Positions 1 to 8,899 of a stretch of 64,000 nt of DNA are shown one piece after another. The stretch covers positions 11,361 to 75,360 of the forward strand of contig JBAZTQ010000001.1 of NCBI GenBank assembly GCA_041661845.1, read 5' to 3'. The position numbers and the translations under genes are program-made. Source of the DNA: Kiritimatiellales bacterium (lineage in GTDB: Bacteria > Verrucomicrobiota > Kiritimatiellia > Kiritimatiellales > Tichowtungiaceae). Every line of letters starts with the position of its first letter. Position 1 is the first letter of the stretch. A model generated the notes under the pieces. It was not told the DNA's origin. It made no database searches and saw only the letters and a list, made by a program, of their open reading frames with translations.

Positions 1-248
1 TAACCCGCGAGATAAAACGAGGTGATCAGATAAATCATGCTGATCATCAGCAGTACCAGCCGTCCGGCGGGATCCAGTCCGATCCATTCGGACGCGAGCG
101 GCTTGTCGTTGAAGAAAACGGCGGCCAGCGTCAGGACGAAATGAATGATTCCGGCAGCCGGTATCGCCCACGGCCTCCAGCGGTTGGACGGGATGAGCCA
201 GGCGGCGAGCGCCGCGATAAACGGAAAAATCAGCAGAGTGAGTGTCAT
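1..248 (-). CDS. NuoN/HyfF-like antiporter-type membrane subunit, N-terminal fragment (gene continues beyond the window start)
   Basis: Absent from the ORF track because it is truncated. Hand translation of the reverse strand from ATG at 248-246 gives MTLTLLIFPFIAALAAWLIPSNRWRPWAIP..., which is hydrophobic. An AAGGA Shine-Dalgarno lies about 8 nt upstream, and the start is 4 nt after the TAG stop of the HyfE-like gene. Confidence 0.55.
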   Translation of the reverse strand, partial: MTLTLLIFPFIAALAAWLIPSNRWRPWAIPAAGIIHFVLTLAAVFFNDKPLASEWIGLDPAGRLVLLMISMIYLITSFYLAG

Positions 249-251
249 AAC

Positions 252-893
252 CTATTCCTTCAGCGCCGCCATCCGGCGCGTGTCCAATGTTGAAAAAGTC
301 TGGTTGATGTGGTTCACGATAATGCAGATAACGAAAATGGCGACGAACAGGTCGAGCAGGGCTCCGAGCTCGACAACCAGCGGCATCGCGCCCACCAGCA
401 GCAGACCGAAGATGTAGATGCCGTTTTCAAGCACCAGATAGCCCATGATCTGCGTAATGGCTTTGGCGCGCGTCGTCAGAAGAATGAAGCCGGCGAAGAT
501 GGTGGCGAGCGACGCCGGAACCAGCAGCGGCGTGGTGTGTTCGCTGGCGAGCGGCAGGGCTGAGGCAAACAACAGCGCGAAGCCGGTGGCCAGCGCGCCC
601 AGCAGCATGGAGGGCAGAAAGCCGATCAGCGGTTCCATCTCGCGCTTAATCTGCACATCGCGCATGGCTCGCATCATCATGGACGGGATGACGGTTCCTT
701 TCAGAATGATGGCGGCGGCGGCGGCGAATACGGCGGCGAGGGTAAGATGTTCTTCCATGATCAGCGGAATAATACCCAGCAGGATACCTTGCAGGGAGAC
801 GACTTTGATGACGGTGATAATCCGGCTGGTGCCCAGCGCAAACAGATTGAGCGCGAGAACGATAACCAGCAGTGCGTTTAATAATGAATTCAT
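252..893 (-). CDS. HyfE-like small polytopic membrane subunit of a Hyf/Hyc-type complex
   Basis: 213-aa all-hydrophobic ORF. Its size and its position between a HycD/HyfC-like and a NuoN/HyfF-like gene match hydrogenase-4 component E. It is tightly packed with its neighbours. Confidence 0.65.
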   Translation of the reverse strand: MNSLLNALLVIVLALNLFALGTSRIITVIKVVSLQGILLGIIPLIMEEHLTLAAVFAAAAAIILKGTVIPSMMMRAMRDVQIKREMEPLIGFLPSMLLGALATGFALLFASALPLASEHTTPLLVPASLATIFAGFILLTTRAKAITQIMGYLVLENGIYIFGLLLVGAMPLVVELGALLDLFVAIFVICIIVNHINQTFSTLDTRRMAALKE

Positions 894-897
894 AGAA

Positions 898-1806
898 TTA
901 CCTCATGAGGAGAACAAAACCGAAACCGCAGAGCAGAATGGCGGCTATCAGCAGATGCTGAACGTTACGCATTTGCAGGCGGGCCATTACCGATTCCACG
1001 ACGCCGACGGCCACGGCCGTCGCCAGCATTTCGACGATGAACAGCGACCAGTCCAGCAAAGGCGAACCGCTCTGAAAGGGAAATACAATGTGCAGCAGCA
1101 CCGCGCTCAGCACAAACAGTTTGACGGCGGCCCCGTACAGAATGAGTCCGAGCAGCGGGCCGCTGTGATCCAGCACCATGACTTCGTGAATCATCGTCAG
1201 TTCCAGATGCGTATTGGGATCGTCCACCGGAATGCGGCTGTTTTCCGCCAGCAGCAGAATGAACAGACCACCTGCCACCAGCACCAGTGAAGCGGCGGAG
1301 GCCTGGCTTCCGGCGGTCAGCGGCGCGTGCAGCATATCCGTCAGCACCAGCGTACCGGACATTTTTGCCAGCACCAGCAGCCCGAAGAACAGCGCGGGCT
1401 CCGACAGGCAGGCGAAGGTGACTTCGCGGGCGGCGCCCATTCCTTCGAACGGCGAGCCGGTGTCCAGCGCCGCCGTGGTGGTGAAGAACCGGCTGAGAGC
1501 CAGCAGATAGGCAAAAAGAATCAGGTCGCCGGTGAACGCGACGGGCGACTGGAACGGGCCCATCGGTACCATCAGTCCGGCCAGTGTGATGGCAACCAGC
1601 GTAATGACGGGTGCGGCGGTGAAAACCCAGGTGGTGACTTGGCTGATCACCACGCCCTTACGGGCCAGTTTAAACAGGTCGTAATAAAGCTGAAGAACCG
1701 GCGGCCCGCGCCGCCCGGCGAACAGGGCTTTGGTCTTGTTGATTACGCCCAGCAGCAGCGGAGGCATAATCAGCAGCAACGCGATATGGATGAAAATATT
1801 AATCAT
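898..1806 (-). CDS. NuoH/HycD/HyfC-family membrane subunit
   Basis: 302-aa polytopic ORF. The loop ENSRIPVDDPNTHLELTMIHEVMVLDHSG corresponds to the conserved RxPFDxxExExEL loop of NuoH/HycD. It starts 4 nt after the stop of the upstream HyfB-like gene. Confidence 0.8.
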   Translation of the reverse strand: MINIFIHIALLLIMPPLLLGVINKTKALFAGRRGPPVLQLYYDLFKLARKGVVISQVTTWVFTAAPVITLVAITLAGLMVPMGPFQSPVAFTGDLILFAYLLALSRFFTTTAALDTGSPFEGMGAAREVTFACLSEPALFFGLLVLAKMSGTLVLTDMLHAPLTAGSQASAASLVLVAGGLFILLLAENSRIPVDDPNTHLELTMIHEVMVLDHSGPLLGLILYGAAVKLFVLSAVLLHIVFPFQSGSPLLDWSLFIVEMLATAVAVGVVESVMARLQMRNVQHLLIAAILLCGFGFVLLMR

Positions 1807-1809
1807 GGC

Positions 1810-3798
1810 TTATCTTCCTATTCCCAAATTCTCCCAGCAAAGTAAAAACAGCAGGATGATCAGAATGTAGAGCAGATAAATTTCGGTGCGGCCCTGCTGG
1901 AGCAGGCGCAGTTTCATCATCTGCCGTCCGGCGTACTGGAAAACCGGCAGAACAATCCGATCCAGCACGGTGTCAGGAACCTCTGTTGAAAATCCGGTTT
2001 TGCGCGGGAACGGCGACTCGATAACCGGTTGCTGCGTGCGGGGACGCAGCGCCCAGGCAAACCGGTTGACCAGCATCTCAGCGAAGGAAGTCGCCGTGTA
2101 TTGAATGCGCGGCGTCGGCCGGGCGTAGCCGCAGCCCCAGGTTCCGATGGATACAGAAGGATGCCGCCGGATATTTTTCCGGACGGCCGTAATGATGATT
2201 CCGCTGACGGCGATCAGCGCGAGCGCCGCACAGCTGATCCACTGAACCGGTGCCAGCGAAGCCGGTAAAGCGGTCACTTGTGTCGCCGGATCCATCCACT
2301 GCACGACGGCCTGCTGAATCAGCGGCAGACCGAGCTGCGGTAGAATGCCGAGCACGACGCAACCGGCGGCCAGCAGAAACATAGGATAATGCATCAATGG
2401 TTTCGGATCGTGCGGAGCGGAGTGGCTGGGGAAGCGCGGTGTACCGAGAAAAACGGTGCTGTAGATTTTGACGAAGCATGCCAGCGCCAGCGCGCCGATC
2501 AAGGCGAGCGCTACCGCGCCGATTCCGACGGCGGGGCATCCGGCGTTCACACTTTGGAAAAGGCCCAGATAAATCAGCCATTCGCTGACAAAGCCGTTGA
2601 GCGGCGGAAGCCCGCAGATGGCGACGGCTCCGAGGATGAACAGTCCGGCGGTGCGCGGCATAAATTTGGTCAAGCCGCCCATCCGGTTCATGTCGCGGGT
2701 ATGCACGGCGTGCATGATTGCGCCGGAGTTTAAAAAGAGCAGCGATTTGAAAAGGCTGTGGTTCCAGACGTGCAACAGCGCGCCGCCGAGCCCCAGCAGA
2801 ATAAAATCAACCCGGTGAAGCGTCCGGCCGATCATGGCGAGGCCGATGCCCATGGTGATGATGCCGATGTTTTCGATGCTGCTGTAGGCCAGCAGGCGTT
2901 TAATATCGCTTTGGCCGATGGCGAAGGCGATGCCGAGAATACCGGTGATCGCGCCGAGACTCAGCAGCAGTTCGCCGTTCCACATTTCGGTTACGGGCAG
3001 CAGGGTCAGCATGCGCAGAATGCCGTAGATGCCCATTTTGAGCATCACGCCCGACATGACGGCGGAGACGTGGCTGGGTGCGTTGGCGTGTGCACCCGGC
3101 AGCCAAACGTGCAAAGGCATAATGCCCGCTTTGAAGCCGAAACCGATGACGGTCAGAATAAAGAGCGTCGTGGCGACGCCCGATGTCAGTGAACCGGCAT
3201 TAATGGCGGACAGCGCAAAACTTCCGGAGATCTGCCGCAGCAGAGCAAACAGCGCCAGCAGGCAGACGGTGCCGGTGTGAGTCGCCACCAGATAAATCCA
3301 TCCGGCGCGGCGGACTTCCGGTTTTTCATTCTCCGTGGCGGCCAGAAAGAAAGCGGCCAGCGCCATGATTTCCCAGAAAATTAAAAGCAGCACGGAATCC
3401 CGGGCGATCACTACCATGACCATCGCTCCGGCCAGCAGTCCGTAGAACAGGCTGAGTCCGCGTCCGTTTTCCGGATGGTCGGTCTGCCGCCAGTAATCCA
3501 GTCCGTAAACGGAGCCCAGCGTCGGAACGATAAAGACGGGAATCAGAAACACGGCGCTCAGCGCATCCAGTCCGACAGAAAAACTTCCCCACGGCAGATG
3601 CCACGGCAGTGAGATGGCACAGGGTGCTGACGAAAGCAGCACCATCGCCAGCCCGCTCAATCCGGTCAGGCTGCCCAGTATCATCAAAACTGATGCCAGC
3701 CGCTGCGCCGCGCCGGATTTCCGCGGACCGAAGCCCGCCGGAAAGCCGCTGGCCATCATCAGCCCTGCGGCTGCGAGAATCATCCATAACCCGTTCAT
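1810..3798 (-). CDS. HyfB/HycC/NuoL-type proton-conducting antiporter-like subunit (paralogue 2)
   Basis: 662 aa with many TM segments. NuoL/MrpA-type motifs are present: WLPGAHANAPSHVSAVMSGVMLKMGIYG, LLAYSSIENIG and AICGLPPLNGFVSEW. Confidence 0.85.
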   Translation of the reverse strand: MNGLWMILAAAGLMMASGFPAGFGPRKSGAAQRLASVLMILGSLTGLSGLAMVLLSSAPCAISLPWHLPWGSFSVGLDALSAVFLIPVFIVPTLGSVYGLDYWRQTDHPENGRGLSLFYGLLAGAMVMVVIARDSVLLLIFWEIMALAAFFLAATENEKPEVRRAGWIYLVATHTGTVCLLALFALLRQISGSFALSAINAGSLTSGVATTLFILTVIGFGFKAGIMPLHVWLPGAHANAPSHVSAVMSGVMLKMGIYGILRMLTLLPVTEMWNGELLLSLGAITGILGIAFAIGQSDIKRLLAYSSIENIGIITMGIGLAMIGRTLHRVDFILLGLGGALLHVWNHSLFKSLLFLNSGAIMHAVHTRDMNRMGGLTKFMPRTAGLFILGAVAICGLPPLNGFVSEWLIYLGLFQSVNAGCPAVGIGAVALALIGALALACFVKIYSTVFLGTPRFPSHSAPHDPKPLMHYPMFLLAAGCVVLGILPQLGLPLIQQAVVQWMDPATQVTALPASLAPVQWISCAALALIAVSGIIITAVRKNIRRHPSVSIGTWGCGYARPTPRIQYTATSFAEMLVNRFAWALRPRTQQPVIESPFPRKTGFSTEVPDTVLDRIVLPVFQYAGRQMMKLRLLQQGRTEIYLLYILIILLFLLCWENLGIGR

Positions 3799-3824
3799 CC
3801 AAAACTCCTCGAAAGCAAAAGTGT

Positions 3825-5855
3825 CTAGCGTGTGAATAGTCGTTTAAAAATGGTTAATATCGGCAGTGTCCAAATCAGCAGAATAATTACGGTAAGCGCA
3901 ACATAGATCAAGTACTGATGTGTCAAACCCCGTTGCAGCGGGCGCGCCCGGCTGAAAAGCTGTTTCATAAAGTGCGCCGCCGGAATCAGTTTCCGGTCCA
4001 GCACCGGTTCATCCTGATGGGTTTCATAGCGTGACGGTTCGGCGAAAACCGAACGGATTTCCGGCTCGTGAATCCGCGGCGAGAGTACCGAGCGGAACAG
4101 AGTGGTCAGCATCTGGGCGAAAGAGGAAGCGGTGTACTGCATGCGCACTGTCGGACGGGCATAGCCGCACGACCAGGTGATCGTATGCGGCGCTTTGCTC
4201 CACTGAATACGGCGGGAGAGGCGGAAATACAGAATGAGACAGGCGCCAATCAGTGCCAGGCTGGTCAAAGTGATGGCCGGCAGCGGCGTCAGTGCGCTTA
4301 GCGGGCAGGACGATTGCAGCAACCCGGCGATGTCGCACGACAGAATGGTTTGGCTCAGAACCGGCGCGACGAGCCACGGAAACAAACCGATCAGAGCGCA
4401 GCATCCGGCCAGTACGCCCATCGGAATCTGCATGGAGAGCGGCGCTTCATGCGGAACCGATTCCAGCGGCTGGCGCGGCTGACCCAGAAAAACCGCGCCG
4501 TACACTTTAACAAAACAGGCCAGCGCCAGCGCGCCGATAATCGCCAGTACCGGTGCCGCGAGCGCGGCGGCCGTCCAGCCCATGGAAGTGTCAGCTGTGG
4601 CGGCATGGAAAAGTCCAAGATACACAAACCACTCGCTGACGAAACCGTTCAGCGGCGGAAGTCCGCAGATGGCGACGGCTCCGATCAGAAAAAACGCCGC
4701 CGTCCACGGCAGGGATTTGGCCAGTCCGCCCATTTGGTCAATCTGCCGCGTTTCGCTGCTATGAATCGCAGAACCGGCGCTTAAGAAGAGCAGCGTTTTA
4801 AACAGCCCGTGGTTCCAGACGTGGAGCAGGCAGCCTGCCATGCCGAGGATTACCCACAGCGGATGTCCCAGCGACCGGCCGATCATAGCGAGGCCGAAGC
4901 CCATCAGGATGATGCCGATGTTTTCGATGCTGTGGTACGCCAGCAGGCGTTTGAGATCGTGCTGGCCGATGGCGAATACGACGCCGAGTACGCCGCTGAT
5001 GCAGCCGGAGGCCAGAATGATTGCGCCCCAGCTGACGGGCGGATCCGGCAGAAAACCGACGAAACGGATCAGTCCGTAAATGCCGATTTTCAGCATGACG
5101 CCGGAGAGCAGGGCAGAGATGTGGCTCGGTGCATTGGCGTGTGCGGCGGGCAGCCAGAAGTGAAACGGCATCATGCCGGCTTTCACGCCGAAGCCCACCA
5201 GCGCCAGAAAGAAAATCACGGTGAGCGTGCCCAGTCCGGCTTCGCTGGCGGCGAGCGCCCGCATTTCGAAGGAACCTGTGATCCAGTGGAAGAGGGCGAA
5301 CAGCGCGAAGAGCGACAGCGTACCGATGTGGGTGGCCACCAGATAAATCCATCCGGCGCGACGGACTTCCGGCTGGCGGTGTTCGGTGCTGACCAGAAAG
5401 AAGGCGGGCAGCGCCATGATTTCCCAGCCCATCAGGAATAGTACAGCGTGGCGCGCCAGCAGGAGCAGCGTCATGCCCGCGATCGCCAAGCCCCAGAACA
5501 GGCGCAGCGAATGTCCGTTGTCTGCGTGCTTCGACTGCGGCCAGTAGCCGAGTCCGTAAACCGAACCCAGCGCGCCCATCACCAGCACCGGAACAATGAA
5601 AAACGCGCTCAGCCCGTCCGCGGCAACCTTCATCGGCTCGCCCATCACGCTCCACGGCAGAACCGCAGAATCGGTTCCGCGCAGAAAAACCAGCGCGACT
5701 CCGGCGAGACCAATGGCGGTCGCGGTGCAGGAGAAGATGGTGGTCACACGTTCGCTGGCCGCCGTGCGGCGCGACATCAGCAGTCCGGGGATTCCGCTCA
5801 GCGTGTGCAGCGCGGCGGAAACCAGAAGCAGCAGGATGGACAGGTGAGATTGCAT
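3825..5855 (-). CDS. HyfB/HycC/NuoL-type proton-conducting antiporter-like subunit (paralogue 1)
   Basis: 676 aa with the same motif set: WLPAAHANAPSHISALLSGVMLKIGIYG, LLAYHSIENIG and AICGLPPLNGFVSEW. Clearly paralogous to 1810..3798. Confidence 0.85.
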   Translation of the reverse strand: MQSHLSILLLLVSAALHTLSGIPGLLMSRRTAASERVTTIFSCTATAIGLAGVALVFLRGTDSAVLPWSVMGEPMKVAADGLSAFFIVPVLVMGALGSVYGLGYWPQSKHADNGHSLRLFWGLAIAGMTLLLLARHAVLFLMGWEIMALPAFFLVSTEHRQPEVRRAGWIYLVATHIGTLSLFALFALFHWITGSFEMRALAASEAGLGTLTVIFFLALVGFGVKAGMMPFHFWLPAAHANAPSHISALLSGVMLKIGIYGLIRFVGFLPDPPVSWGAIILASGCISGVLGVVFAIGQHDLKRLLAYHSIENIGIILMGFGLAMIGRSLGHPLWVILGMAGCLLHVWNHGLFKTLLFLSAGSAIHSSETRQIDQMGGLAKSLPWTAAFFLIGAVAICGLPPLNGFVSEWFVYLGLFHAATADTSMGWTAAALAAPVLAIIGALALACFVKVYGAVFLGQPRQPLESVPHEAPLSMQIPMGVLAGCCALIGLFPWLVAPVLSQTILSCDIAGLLQSSCPLSALTPLPAITLTSLALIGACLILYFRLSRRIQWSKAPHTITWSCGYARPTVRMQYTASSFAQMLTTLFRSVLSPRIHEPEIRSVFAEPSRYETHQDEPVLDRKLIPAAHFMKQLFSRARPLQRGLTHQYLIYVALTVIILLIWTLPILTIFKRLFTR

Positions 5856-5876
5856 TTTACTGCACGGACGAAGTTC

Positions 5877-6563
5877 CTATTCGGGTTTGATTGCAGGAAG
5901 CGCGCTTTCCGCCCGTGCCAGTTCTTCCAAGATTTTATCGCTCGGCAGTTTCTTCTTCAGTGCCTCTTTGAAGGCCGGATTCTGCAGGACAAAGCCGAGG
6001 CGTGACAGCAGTTGCAGATGCGTCCGGACCGTCGGGCTGATCAGAGTGAACAGCGTATCCACCGGTTCTCCGTCAAGCGCGCCGAAATTAACCGGATGTT
6101 CCAGAAAGCAAAGCGTGATCATCGGCTGGGTAATGTGCAGGACAATCGGATTGCGGACGTGCGGAATGGCGATGCCGTCACCGATGCCGGTCGAGCCGAG
6201 ATTTTCTCGCGCCAACAGGATCTGATAGAGAAACTCGCGATCCACTTCTTCCGGCAGATGCATTGCATCGACCACATTACGGAGAACAGTCGGCGTATCG
6301 GCACCGCTCAGCCGGTGGACGATTCCTCCCGTTTTGATGATGTCCACGAGGCTCGCCGACGGTTTGCTGCCGTCGGATTCCTTCAGGATATCCGCCGAAA
6401 GCGGTATCCGCCGGGCGGTGGCCCACTCGATGATCTCCGCACGGTTAAACCGGCACTGCTCGTTGCTGCGGTGAACCGGGATGTTTTCCTGCTTAATCCA
6501 GCGGTAAATTGTTTCCTCGGTGACATTTAACAGCTTCGCGACGTCTTTGACGGATAATTGCAT
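5877..6563 (-). CDS. DNA-binding HTH (excisionase/MerR-type) fused to a PTS EIIA type-2 (PtsN-like) domain; putative regulator
   Basis: The N-terminus MQLSVKDVAKLLNVTEETIYRWIKQENIP is an HTH_17-type helix-turn-helix. The C-terminal part, ...LARENLGSTGIGDGIAIPHVRNP..., resembles EIIA-Ntr/EIIA-Fru and keeps the His. I chose the ATG at 6563; the track ORF extends to 6617. Confidence 0.75.
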   Translation of the reverse strand: MQLSVKDVAKLLNVTEETIYRWIKQENIPVHRSNEQCRFNRAEIIEWATARRIPLSADILKESDGSKPSASLVDIIKTGGIVHRLSGADTPTVLRNVVDAMHLPEEVDREFLYQILLARENLGSTGIGDGIAIPHVRNPIVLHITQPMITLCFLEHPVNFGALDGEPVDTLFTLISPTVRTHLQLLSRLGFVLQNPAFKEALKKKLPSDKILEELARAESALPAIKPE

Positions 6564-6701
6564 AAGTTTCCTTGAAAAAATTGAGACAGATATAGACCCG
6601 ATGTCCGTAAATGTCAAATAGCAGGCCCGATTGTCATTAATTAAAAAGTTATTGGTTTTCTGACTGTGCCGGGCGCGGGGTTTGAATATGCTTCCGGGCT
6701 C

Positions 6702-8390
6702 ATGAAACTTCGCATCAATCAGCTTGATCTGCCGCCGGGCTATACGCCTGAACAGCTCCTGAAAGCCGCCGCCAAAGCGCTGTGCTGCAATTCGTCGGCT
6801 CTGTGCGGACTCAAAACCATTCGTCGCTCGATTGACGCCCGCGGCCGTTCACCGCGCATGACCGTCGCGGTCGAAGTCGAATTTTCCGGAACGCTGAAAG
6901 CGTCTATCCATAATGTTGAGGTAGTGGAACAAAGCTTCCTCAGTGCAGAGGCTCAAAAAAAATCGGCAATCGGCAATCAAAAATCGCCAATCCTCGTCGT
7001 CGGTGCTGGGCCCGCCGGACTGATGGCCGCGCTCGGTCTGGCGGAAGCCGGACTGAAACCACTATTGATTGAGCGCGGCGAAGCTGCCGCGCCACGCGCC
7101 AAACGGGTCGAAGCGTTTTGGAAGAACGGAACGCTGGATGTCGAAAGCAATGTGCTCTACGGCGAAGGCGGCGCAGGCCTTTTTTCCGACGGCAAGCTGA
7201 CTTCGCGGAGCAAGGATCGTCCGCGCGTTCACCGCTTCCTCGGAGCGCTGGTCAGTTGCGGTGCGTCGCCCGATATTCTGATCGACGCCGAGCCGCACAT
7301 CGGCAGTGATGTACTCGAAGAACTGGTTCCGGCGTTGCGCAACCGGATCATCGAACTCGGCGGCGAAGTGCGTTTCGGTGCGCGGCTTGACCGGCTGGAA
7401 ATTGAAAACGGCGCGGTGCGCGGCGCGGTGATTTCCGGCGAACAGTTTCGCACCGACTGCTGTGTACTGGCGACCGGTCACAGCGCCCGCGATATTTACG
7501 AAATGCTGGCGGAGCAGGGCGTACCGCTCGAAGCCAAACCGTTTGCTGTCGGCGTGCGGCTTGAAATTCCTCAGCATCGCATCGATACCGCGCAGTGGGG
7601 CGGATCTTTTCCGACGCTTGGAAAGGCGAGCTTCCGGCTGACACGCCGCGAAGAGGAAAACGCCCGCGCGTGCTATTCCTTCTGCATGTGTCCCGGCGGA
7701 CTGGTCATTTCCTGCGCTTCATCGGTTGGCCTGATGACCACTAACGGCATGAGCCTTTCTAAACGTGACAAGCCGATGGGCAACGCCGCGTTTCTGGTGC
7801 CGGTGATGCCTGAAGATTTTATTGTAGGACAGGCTTCCCTGGTACCCCAGGGAGCCTGTGGTTGCAACAGGCACACGCTCCCGAATACGGGAAGCGTGTC
7901 CTACAATAAGACAGGAAATTATCCGGTGCTGGCCGGAATTGAATTTCAGAAAAAACTGGAAGCGGCGGCGTTTGCGGCGGGCGGATCGGATTATTCGTTA
8001 CCCGCCCAGAGGCTGGTCGATTTTCTGGAAGGCGCCGCGCCGTCAGCGCTTCCTGTCGAGCGCTCCTGTACGCGGGCGGTTCCGGCGCAGCTGCGCGGAC
8101 TGCTGCCGGAGTTTGTCGAACACACGTTGCGGAGCGCGATACCGAAAATGCTGCGCAGTATGCGCGGCGTGGTTCTTGATGAGGCGTTGCTCTATGCTTC
8201 CGAAACCCGCAGTTCCAGTCCGGTGCGCGTCGTGCGCGGCGAAGACGGACAGTCGGCGGTTCGCGGACTCTATCCCTGCGGCGAAGGGGCGGGTTACGCC
8301 GGCGGTATCGTCAGCTCCGGCATCGACGGCCTGCGAATCGCCGAAGCGGTTGGTGAAAACCGCGGCGCTAACAACAGCCGGCCCGATTAG
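6702..8390 (+). CDS. FAD-dependent oxidoreductase of the COG2509 type, carrying an in-frame repeat insertion
   Basis: Dinucleotide-binding motif VVGAGPAGLMAAL. N-terminal MKLRINQLDLPPGY...IRRSIDARG and C-terminal ...YPCGEGAGYAGGIVSSGIDG are typical of this family. I chose the ATG at 6702; the track ORF starts at a GTG at 6666. Confidence 0.8.
   Translation: MKLRINQLDLPPGYTPEQLLKAAAKALCCNSSALCGLKTIRRSIDARGRSPRMTVAVEVEFSGTLKASIHNVEVVEQSFLSAEAQKKSAIGNQKSPILVVGAGPAGLMAALGLAEAGLKPLLIERGEAAAPRAKRVEAFWKNGTLDVESNVLYGEGGAGLFSDGKLTSRSKDRPRVHRFLGALVSCGASPDILIDAEPHIGSDVLEELVPALRNRIIELGGEVRFGARLDRLEIENGAVRGAVISGEQFRTDCCVLATGHSARDIYEMLAEQGVPLEAKPFAVGVRLEIPQHRIDTAQWGGSFPTLGKASFRLTRREEENARACYSFCMCPGGLVISCASSVGLMTTNGMSLSKRDKPMGNAAFLVPVMPEDFIVGQASLVPQGACGCNRHTLPNTGSVSYNKTGNYPVLAGIEFQKKLEAAAFAAGGSDYSLPAQRLVDFLEGAAPSALPVERSCTRAVPAQLRGLLPEFVEHTLRSAIPKMLRSMRGVVLDEALLYASETRSSSPVRVVRGEDGQSAVRGLYPCGEGAGYAGGIVSSGIDGLRIAEAVGENRGANNSRPD
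7821..7907. repeat. REP/REPIN-like nested palindromic element (copy A), located inside the FAD-oxidoreductase CDS
   Basis: Sequence: attgtaggacaggcttccctggtaccccagggagcctgtggttgcaacaggcacacgctcccgaatacgggaagcgtgtcctacaat. The terminal inverted repeats are GTAGGACA(G/C)GCTTCCC and there are two internal hairpins. A second copy lies at 54596..54672. Confidence 0.85.
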
Positions 8391-8899
8391 TTCGTCTTAA
8401 CTTTAACATCCACGGACTTCATGCAGCCAATATTCTCATGCACACTTCCGGTATAACCTTCCTGCAGAGGAATTGTTAAGCTCCGGAAGTTTTCTCCAAA
8501 GTGCGTGCGGGACTCTATGCGAAGAACATACTTTCCGTTCAGCAGATCAATTGTGCCGATTTGTGCAGGAATGCTGATCGTGCTGCTCTGGTTCCAGCCA
8601 ACGGTTGCTCCGCTCACCGCGTCAATATCGTCAGGTTTTTCAATCTCTTTCGATTTCGACGCCCAGCCCTTCAGGTTTTCGTAATGGGTTTTTCTTTTGG
8701 AAAACATGTGCAGAGTTTTAATAAAATCGCCGTCGTTATTTTCCAGCCAGAGCACCATCATTGGATTATCGTTGCTGCCATCACGAATTGAGACCGTTAT
8801 TTCCAGTGTTTTGGCGGTGCTGTCTGCATACAGTGCAGAGACCAGCGGGAAGGCAGTTAATGCTATTACCGTTAGAATCAGTTTGATTCGAATTTTCAT
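8387..8899 (-). CDS. Secreted protein, possibly DUF2271-like
   Basis: 170 aa with an N-terminal signal-like segment MKIRIKLILTVIALTAFPLVSALYA. The pattern ...MMVLWLENNDGDFIKTL...DAVSGATVGW... resembles DUF2271 as I remember it. The gene is AT-richer than its flanks. Confidence 0.45.
   Translation of the reverse strand: MKIRIKLILTVIALTAFPLVSALYADSTAKTLEITVSIRDGSNDNPMMVLWLENNDGDFIKTLHMFSKRKTHYENLKGWASKSKEIEKPDDIDAVSGATVGWNQSSTISIPAQIGTIDLLNGKYVLRIESRTHFGENFRSLTIPLQEGYTGSVHENIGCMKSVDVKVKTN

Noticed and set aside
145-1845. Plus-strand ORFs of 90-281 aa over the hyf-like genes.
   Set aside because: They are antisense to polytopic membrane-protein genes with clear NuoH/NuoL-family features, and their translations are R/Q/H-rich.
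7858-8400. The ORFs 7858-8400 (+), 7673-7876 (-) and 54630-54956 (+) share the peptide SRIREACPT.
   Set aside because: The shared peptide is simply the translation of the REPIN-like repeat present at both loci. It is not evidence for a protein family.
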